DNA of 64,000 nucleotides from Octopus sinensis. Taxonomy: Eukaryota. How positions within the stretch are numbered: the stretch's first letter is position 1; each line of letters starts with the position of its first letter. A program made the translations under genes and the position numbers. The stretch lies in the NCBI RefSeq assembly GCF_006345805.1, contig NC_043013.1:53010001-53074000 (forward strand). The letters run 5' to 3'. Shown here piece after piece: positions 56,648 through 64,000 of the stretch. The notes below the pieces were generated by a model. That model ran no database searches. It saw only the letters and a list, made by a program, of their open reading frames with translations, and was not told where the DNA came from.

Positions 56648-57560
56648 GGTTGGCATCCTTTTTGTCTCGGGAGACAATGGAGTTGCGCATAAAGTAGTCC
56701 AGTCCGGCTTTTACATTCCATGTCCTGATACATTTCCTGCTGTGGCTGTGTAGTCATATCCTGGACAAACACTACCTCTGGCAGGTAACGCAAATGTAGC
56801 GAAGACTGTTCCTGGCTGGTTGTAATGCCATAGTTTCTTGTTGACGTCTTCTCTTGTCTTTCCATTTCTCCTCTCTCACTCTGTCACTCTTTTGTATTCC
56901 CTCTTTTACGGTACGTCGCCAGTCTCCACGGTTGCCGGCGACTGTCTCCCAACCGCTAATATTGATGTTGCAAGCCTTCATGTCCCTTTTGCAAACATCC
57001 TTGTAACGTAAGATCGGTCTACCCACAGACCTAGTACCCCTAGCAAGCTCACCGTAGAGTATGTCCTTGGGGATTCTGCCATCTTTCATACGGCTAACAT
57101 GCACAATCCATCTCATACGTCTTCATGTGAGGAGTGAAAACATGCTTGGTATTCCTGCTTGTCTGAGGACATCTCTGTCGGGGATATGGTTCTGCCATTT
57201 GATGCGGAGGATTTTCCGGAGGCAGCGCAGGTGAAAGATGTTTAGGCGACGCTCTTGGCGTGTGTATAGCGTCCAAGTCTCACTTCCATACAGTAAAGTG
57301 CTAAGTACACATGCTGGTAGATCTTCATTTTCGTGGTCTTGGTCAGCTTATTGTTGTCCCAAGCCCGTTTGGAGAGTTAGGCCATCGCAGCAGCTGCCTT
57401 GCCAATGCGTATATTGAGCTCAGCGTTGAGGGATAGGTTGTAGGTGACGGTAGAGCCCAAATAGGTAAACTTCTCCACCTCTTGTAATCTGTGGTCTCCA
57501 ATATGTATGTTTGAGATGTCCGATGTAGCCTGATCCATGATGTTGGTCTTCTTAAGGCTG
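56648..57560 (-). mobile_element. RTE-clade LINE 3' fragment
   Basis: FGLAISLKKT, EKFTYLGS, LLYGSETW, FHLRCLRKIL.IKW, RMRWIVHVSRMKDGRIPKDILYGEL and a C-terminal C..C/H..H finger relic; the 3' end runs into (AT)n. Confidence 0.9.
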
Positions 57561-57577
57561 ATAGCTAAGCCAAAGTC

Positions 57578-57670
<93 letters not shown>

Positions 57671-57786
57671 TAGTAAAAAGTGAAAAAAACTACGGAAGGC
57701 TTGTTTTAAAAGGTTAAAAAATATATATTTGAGTCAATATGTCTGAAGAATGTTATAAATTTTTTTCTTACAATGACATACTTTAG

Positions 57787-57826
57787 AAGAAATGACCGGT
57801 TTCGCGTTCAGCTTTTCAAATTCCTT
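57787..57826 (-). ncRNA. Minimal type I hammerhead candidate, U3:A8 core variant (HHR-3)
   Basis: Minus strand reads AAGGAAT-TTGAAAA-GC TGAAC GC-GAAAC CG GT-C-ATTTCTT. Helix I is 7 bp with one G.U, helix II is 2 bp, helix III is the palindrome ACCGGT, triplet GUC. Confidence 0.65.
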
Positions 57827-57830
57827 ACAT

Positions 57831-57936
57831 CGTTATGTTTACGTTGAGAAGAGTTATCGTTATGTTTATGTTGAGAAGAGTTATCGTTATGTTTATGTTG
57901 AGGAGAGTTATCTTTATGTTTATGTTGAGAAGAGTT
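57831..57936 (+). repeat. 27-bp minisatellite, about 4 copies
   Basis: Unit cgttatgtttaYgttgagaagagttat repeated head to tail inside the Penelope-like spacer. Confidence 0.9.
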
Positions 57937-58105
57937 CCAGATAAGGGGAGGTAATAAGTGATATCTTCCGGTGTAAGGGAGATAATCGCTTAAAATTGTT
58001 TGCCTTTCTTTTGGAGTGAATTTTCCTGTAAAATATGTTGGAATGGTTAAGTTTGGGCTTGTATTTTTCAATGAAGAATGTTTCCTTGTTTAGTCTAATT
58101 TGTGT

Positions 58106-58145
58106 AAGAAATTTGAAAAGCTGAACGCGAAACCGGTCATTTCTT
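58106..58145 (+). ncRNA. Minimal type I hammerhead candidate, U3:A8 core variant (HHR-4)
   Basis: AAGAAAT-TTGAAAA-GC TGAAC GC-GAAAC CG GT-C-ATTTCTT. Helix I is a perfect 7 bp; this is the inverted copy of HHR-3. Predicted cleavage between 58138 and 58139. Confidence 0.68.
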
Positions 58146-58949
58146 CTAAACTATGTCATTGTAAGAAAAACATTTATAACATTCTTCAGACATATTGACT
58201 CAAATATATATTTTTTAACCTTTTAAAACAAGCCTTCTGTAGTTTTTTCACTTTTTACTATTTTCTATATATTCAACAACGTGCTTTCACAAACCAACTT
58301 TCTCATCTATATATATATATATATATATATACGATGGGCTTCTTTCAGTTTCCGTCTACCAAGTCCACTCACAAGGCTTTGGTTGGCCCGAGGCTATAGT
58401 ATAAGACACAACGCAGTGGGGCTGAACCTGGAACCATGTGATTCGTGAGCAAGCTACTTGTTTAGTTGTTAAAGATAGTGAATCCCTTTTTTTTCTTTCA
58501 AGCACTTTATCTTAAATGGTCTGAGGCTGTTCGGTTGAGGAGAAATTATTGTTTATAAAAGAGCCGCAGTATATATTTACTCTGATGTTTACTTTTAGCT
58601 GATGAAATCAATGTATTTTGTCCAGATTTAGCCTTCCACACATTCTATATATGAAAAGTGTATTTTGTGTAAACGGTTAGTGTTAGATGTGACCACAATG
58701 TTCTTTTGATCTGATGATCTCGTGTTTTGTTTGCATTAATTTTGTGAAAATACAATTGTATAACGCCGAACACACATAAGGCAAACATTTACACATCATT
58801 TCTTGAATACTAAAATTACTCTTACTTGAACAAGTTTGTGAAACGATGGTTATCTTTCCGAAGTCACGTGGTAAAACAAATCTATATTCACTGACTATAC
58901 CTCACGGATTTATCCTTTTATTTACTCCTCACAGAATAATTGTATCTCT

Positions 58950-59370
58950 CGGATATCAAACCAAATAGCAACGAGGATCTAAACAGGGAGCTTAAGATTA
59001 GCTTCTTACGCACACAACTCTACTACATGGACTCTCAATAAGGCACTAGAAACAAAACCTTATTTAACAGGCACAGGTCTTCCGCGAGCAGCACTTAACA
59101 GCAAAGAGCAGTTCCTAAAAAAAAAACAGAGGTTCTTTTACAGTATTTCCTATGTGATCACTCCACTATGACTGGAAGGGAACCAACGGACACTGACTTC
59201 GTAGCAAGAATGTAATAGTAATATCTGCGAACTAATATACGAAAAGCTACCCAGGGGGCATCTAGCCAGGATATACTGACCACCTGGTTAAAGACACTGG
59301 TCAACTGAAGAATGACCTGAAAGATAGGCTGTTATCTCTAGATCACAAGACGAAGAGGCGGCTTGTAAAT
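58950..59370 (+). mobile_element. Highly degraded RTE-like LINE 3' fragment
   Basis: Relics of the WTLNKALE and TY.DHLVKDTG motifs across broken frames. Confidence 0.4.
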
Positions 59371-59592
59371 AATAAGGGATGCAAACTCAAATGTTTTCTC
59401 TAAATTTTAATGTTCGGAAATACACAATTAATGGCAGCTTTAAATCAGAGGTAAAGCTACAAGAAGCCATTGTAGGACGGAGAAAAATAAAATTGAGAAT
59501 CTAATCTATTCATGGTTTAATCGTTATTCTAAAAGTTGCATCGACATTGATATATACATATATGTATGTGTGTGTGTATGTGTGTGTATGCT

Positions 59593-59630
<38 letters not shown>

Positions 59631-59906
59631 TGTGTGTGAGTATTTCTATATCTATTACACTGATATATTTTGATAAACTAGTAGCAATTCTTCAGCAATA
59701 GGTAATTTACTTATCTGATTCCATTAAGTGTTTTCTAATTTATTTTCGGTAAACAACTTTTGGAAGAGTTTCTTTTGCATTTACAGGGATTTAATGAAAA
59801 ATAAACAGAAGGAAGAATAGAAAATCTCCACCGAACCTCCTACCTTCACTTGCTTATACAATATATACGCATACAAGTGTGTGCGTTTATGCAAACACAT
59901 ACACAA

Positions 59907-59939
<33 letters not shown>

Positions 59940-59958
59940 ACACACACACACACATATA

Positions 59959-59997
<39 letters not shown>

Positions 59998-60106
59998 GAT
60001 GAATATGGTACTTAAGTTGAGGCACCAGAATTTAGTATAATATTATTTATACAATTTAAAATACGGTGATTATAATCAAAATAAGCAACAAGAATATCCA
60101 GAGGTA

Positions 60107-60195
60107 ATGCAGTACGATCGTTTCTTGCGACTGCATTTAATTGAAAAATGCAAACATTACATCAATTTAAAATGTAGTGCAATCTTCAGCTGCAC
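60107..60195 (-). ncRNA. Type I hammerhead ribozyme candidate with enlarged helix II (HHR-5)
   Basis: Minus strand reads GTGCAG-CTGAAGA-[TTGC...58 nt...GCAA]-GAAA-CGATCGT-A-CTGCAT. Helix I is 6 bp (one G.U), the core is canonical, helix III is the palindrome ACGATCGT, triplet GUA. Confidence 0.7.
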
Positions 60196-60812
60196 AAAAA
60201 ACATAGAATGTAATTAAATTTGAAGGACTCATTAGTATAATTTTATCCAAAATCTCCAAGAGGATAAGGAGATAGTCATTGAACATGTTTTACCAAGAAC
60301 ACCACAGTTGTAACAACTCACAGTTGACAATTAACAAAGATAAAATGTCCTTGAATCGGAATGTCCCCACACCTTTCCTCTTGAATCTGATAATATCCGC
60401 GGTATCATGGCTCCAATATCTGAGGTACCATGGTTCCTGTATTTGAGGTATCGTGAATTCTTATTTATCTGAATACACTTCGGTCGATGAGATCCGACGC
60501 CATTCGAATATACGCTGCTAAGAAACGTTCCGATCTTCCGAAAAATCCGTTATAAGGTTGTAGTGAAAGCCCTCGGAGCCAGCAACTAGAGCACACTTGT
60601 TAGCTCTCACGCCTGCGAAACAAACGTGTGTTTTCTAGCTTATATTGTCTACTTGAAATAATGTAGTAAATACCACAAATATGACAAGCTATATACAACT
60701 GTCTACAAGTGTCTACTTATGTACAGAGAGCTCATGCATATTACGCAAAACATATTACGCGAGGTTTAACATAAGAACTTATAGGGAAAACCGTGAGAAA
60801 GAGAAGTAATCG

Positions 60813-60939
60813 TTGTCATCCGGGAATAGAAATCAAACCTGTTACGCTCAAAGTGGCTAAATGAATTCTATTGTCTGATTTGCCAAGCACAACTGTGTAT
60901 AGAATGCACGTGCAGGCCTGGAATTATAGAATCAAGAGG
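60813..60939 (+). repeat. About 127-bp dispersed repeat, inverted partner at 63094-63220
   Basis: ttgtcatccgg..aaagtggctaaatgaattc..ggcctggaattatagaatcaagagg; reverse complement at 63094-63220, roughly 85% similar by eye. Confidence 0.8.
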
Positions 60940-61272
60940 TTTAACCCATCCCTTGCTGCCGAATATAAAATGCCTGTGCATCTACTCTCCAGGAAAATAT
61001 CGTTGCCACCTCACAGACGCATTCGTCTGGTCATCTCACTCTTTGAAGAAGTAACCTTAACTAATAAACCGTGACAGGTGAACAGCAATATGGACAGGGA
61101 TTACTGAATTTCGAAGGAAGAGATGCTAAAACATATCTAGTCCGGAAACATTTTGATGCCAAATCGTATTTATATTCATAGATGTATCAATGCAAGTTAA
61201 ATACTTGCAGAAAGTTTTCCTCTCCTGAAATGTGCATACTTTTTTGGATACACACACACACACACACACATT

Positions 61273-61324
<52 letters not shown>

Positions 61325-61849
61325 TGCATATATGCATATATACTAATATACACGAAACTTACGTAGTGCTACTTCTACTTCCTTGTATTATTAGTCTTTT
61401 AATTAACTAATTAACCACTGAGATAATCGATTGGTTGAGAAATCGTTTGATCAATCAGTCATTGTGCGCTTCGTCAAAGTCGTTTCCTCTCTTATCGCAA
61501 CCTCTTCAATGACATGCACTCGTTACTCCAAGTCTGTACCCCCACCCCACAGGCACACTCACGCACAGAGTAACGCACAAACACAAACATACAATTATTG
61601 TTTCACACACATATACGCATGCTCACAAAGATAGATGCATTCAAGTATCACTCACAAGACCGTAGTCGTATAGGAGCGCTGGCACTCGACCAAGCTGTCT
61701 TGTGCTGGGACTGAACTCAAACCAACGTGACTGCTCATCAGACTTCTTACCCACGTAACTACGTATACAACTATCATCGAAATTAGCATATTAATTTAGA
61801 ATTTATCAAGATATAACATCGCAATTTTACGTTTATTTCGACTAATCAC

Positions 61850-62237
61850 TCTCTATATAAAGCTGAAGTTGTTTGCGTATGGCAGGTTTGGTAGCCTTTA
61901 ACTAACATTATCTCCTCCGAGACCCTGCGGCGCAAGTTGACAAAAATTGAAAGTATGATAGAAGAAGGCTTGCTCTTTCTTCCGTAGAAGCAAAAATTCA
62001 AATCGGACCATGTTAACACCAACAATTATTTACATCAAAAAGGTACGTTTTTTCTATGAAAATCCTTATTTGTTACTATTTTTTGACTGCTGTGTTGCCA
62101 TTTTCCGGTGTATTTCAACCAGAAAAATGTTCACTTAAAGAGAATAACATGCTACATAATGCAAAACTTTTACTTTTCAAAAATTCTAATTCTAAAGGGT
62201 CGAAACAAACCCGAGAAACGCCGGGCGATACTGCTAG
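61850..62237 (+). mobile_element. Non-autonomous Helitron-like element
   Basis: 5' TC(TC)TATATAAAGCTGAAG, 3' GC-rich hairpin CCCGAGAAACGCCGGG (62210-62225) about 10 nt before a terminal CTAG followed by T. Confidence 0.7.
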
Positions 62238-63000
62238 TTCAAAAATAATTTTAAACCATCCTTATTTTATATGTGTCCTTTGATGATATTTCCAAGAATT
62301 TCTTCTTCACAGAAACTTGACTCTCAAAAGTTGTGCCTGGTTGTTTTTATTAGACGGCATATGCTACCATACTGATTCTGTTATTCAAACAGAAGCATAC
62401 AAACTTCAGCCGAATTCTATGAATAGTACGTGATAAGCTGTCGTGATCTGTTCCTTGATGTCTTTGGAAAATGGAGGTGCATACCCGCGTTGATTTTTCC
62501 CTTTTAATTTTCCGAGTCGATGCAATAAAGCACCTGGCAAATTACTGGACATTATCTAATCAACTACAGCGGCGTCTTGAGCAATTAAGTAGTTGCTGAA
62601 CCGTAGAGACAACTTTGTAACATACAGCTGTAATTAGATGCAGTTTTACAGTTGCGGAACTAATTTTACGTAGGGCTGATCACAGGCGATTTCTTCCAGA
62701 AAGACAAACGTACAAACAGATAGACAGACAGAAGTAGAAGAATGGATGGCATGAAAGTGTTAGTATTGTATTTATTGAACCGGAAAGTGTGAAAGATAAA
62801 GCTGACAACGGCGGGATTCGGGGCTTGAAAATGTGAACGGCACATTTACTGTTTAACATTCTATGTGACTCCCTAACGACTCTCTTCAATTTGTCATTGA
62901 ACAAAATCTTCTTAATTGTCCTAGAAGTGACATATATGTGGGTCTATTAGTACTCAATGTGAAAACAAGAGAAGTGTATATATAGATGTTTTCGATCTAA

Positions 63001-63499
63001 TTTGGATTTTTACCATCAAATTTGAATTTTTTGCAATCAAATTTGAATTTCTCAAAGGGACTTTGTAGGACAAGCTAAAACGCAGAAAACGGTCCTCTTG
63101 ATTCTATAATTCCAGGCCGGCACGTGTATTTTATACACATATGTACTTGGGAAATCAGACAATCGAATTCATTTAGCCACTTTGGGCTTTACAGGGTTGA
63201 TTTCTATTGCCGGATGACAACCATTGCATGCCATGAAGTGTTGCAAACGGTAGGAAGTAGAAGTCTTCATCGTCGAAAGAATATTCGATGACCACAAATC
63301 GATTCGAAGCTAGTTTCTCGAAATTGGTGCTCAAGCCTTGAAAAAAAGAGTTAAACTACATCAGCCGTAAGGGAATACATGTCTATCTTATCTAACTCGT
63401 CCAGTATAGCCCACTGTTGCTCGAACTTCGCTCTAAGTTCATTTGAAAAATACAAATTTGAGTGCAAAGAATTCAAATTTGATTGCAAAGAATCCAAAC
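63001..63499. mobile_element. MITE/DNA-transposon-like unit with inverted 21-bp tandem arrays
   Basis: Unit ttYtttgcaatcaaatttgaa occurs 2-3 times at 63001-63056 and in reverse orientation at 63442-63499. Confidence 0.55.
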
Positions 63500-63912
63500 T
63501 ACAAATACGTGGCACAGATATAATCATTCTCCTGTAGTAATATCAATAACTTAGACCAACTATATTATATATTCAGTGATATCACACGTTCGTGTAATAA
63601 AACCAGTTACACGAAAAAGTGAGTTTAGTCGCACTTGTCACTAAGAGTTTTGGTTAACTAAATTACCTTTACTGAAAGTAATTACTGCGCCTAGACTTGA
63701 GGGAAATAAGTTACAAGACAAATGAAACTCCAAAGGAGAGTTTGGATGGATTGGCAAGGGAAGGATTAAGATCATCCATTAATAGGAAATGCCATATTTG
63801 AGAAAACAGTGCGAAATGTTATGTTAAAGGACAAACCAATTAAATATATACGCTATTAAGCTGTAAACATTTTCCAAAATGATCTCCTCATACTTCTATA
63901 CATGCACAGATG

Positions 63913-63955
<43 letters not shown>

Positions 63956-64000
63956 ATGTGTGTGTGTGTATGTGTTTGTCTGTGGTGTGGACGTATATAT

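Larger units (their letters stand above)
57665..58266 (-). mobile_element. Penelope-like element 3' remnant with inverted pseudo-LTR
   Basis: Inverted arms of about 165 bp (57665-57830 / 58103-58266) differ at only a handful of positions. The spacer encodes, on the minus strand, RLNKETFFIEKYKPKLN (58096-58046), matching the E..I...P.LN C-terminal motif of Penelope GIY-YIG endonucleases. Each arm carries a hammerhead. Confidence 0.8.
56405..58460 (-). mobile_element. SINE family B split by nested RTE and Penelope insertions
   Basis: Tail half at 56405-56640 and head half at 58310-58460 are collinear on the minus strand. Confidence 0.75.

Noticed and set aside
57831-57936. Regular 27-bp repeats as a CRISPR array
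   Set aside because: Head-to-tail with no unique spacers, no cas genes, eukaryotic context.
58705-58765. CTGATGA...GAAAATACAATTGTATA
   Set aside because: The palindrome is out of register with A15.1 and there is no helix I or II.
59298-59348. Hammerhead-like CTGAAGA-ATGACCT-GAAA-GATAG..TTATCT-C
   Set aside because: Lies inside an RTE coding relic; helix II is 1 bp, helix I is mismatched next to the core and helix III is not palindromic. Probably chance.

Overview
Animal genomic DNA, AT-rich and saturated with (AT)n/(GT)n/(AAT)n/(AGAT)n microsatellites. The repeat repertoire looks like an octopus/coleoid cephalopod genome (inference from repeat types, not verified). I found no convincing host protein-coding exon, rRNA, true tRNA gene or CRISPR array; almost every ORF in the supplied track is a microsatellite artefact, so the window is probably intergenic or intronic. 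Real coding remnants are all transposon-derived: a stack of 5'-truncated R4/Dong-type non-LTR elements (RT thumb, CCHC, restriction-like endonuclease) in (TAA)n arrays at 27.6-33.0 kb, a full-length TIR-bounded mariner (54955-56213), RTE LINE 3' fragments, a gag-like zinc-knuckle remnant, a Penelope GIY-YIG C-terminus and a non-autonomous Helitron. Three tRNA-derived SINE families occur in many copies. The most striking unannotated signal is five well-formed type I hammerhead ribozyme folds (10972-11029, 54374-54432, 57787-57826, 58106-58145, 60107-60195) from four different sequence families. All have a palindromic or near-palindromic helix III, several lie in inverted-repeat units, and one pair carries a compensatory U3:A8 core next to a Penelope endonuclease remnant. 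All folds were read by eye and none is tested. SINE coordinates are approximate.
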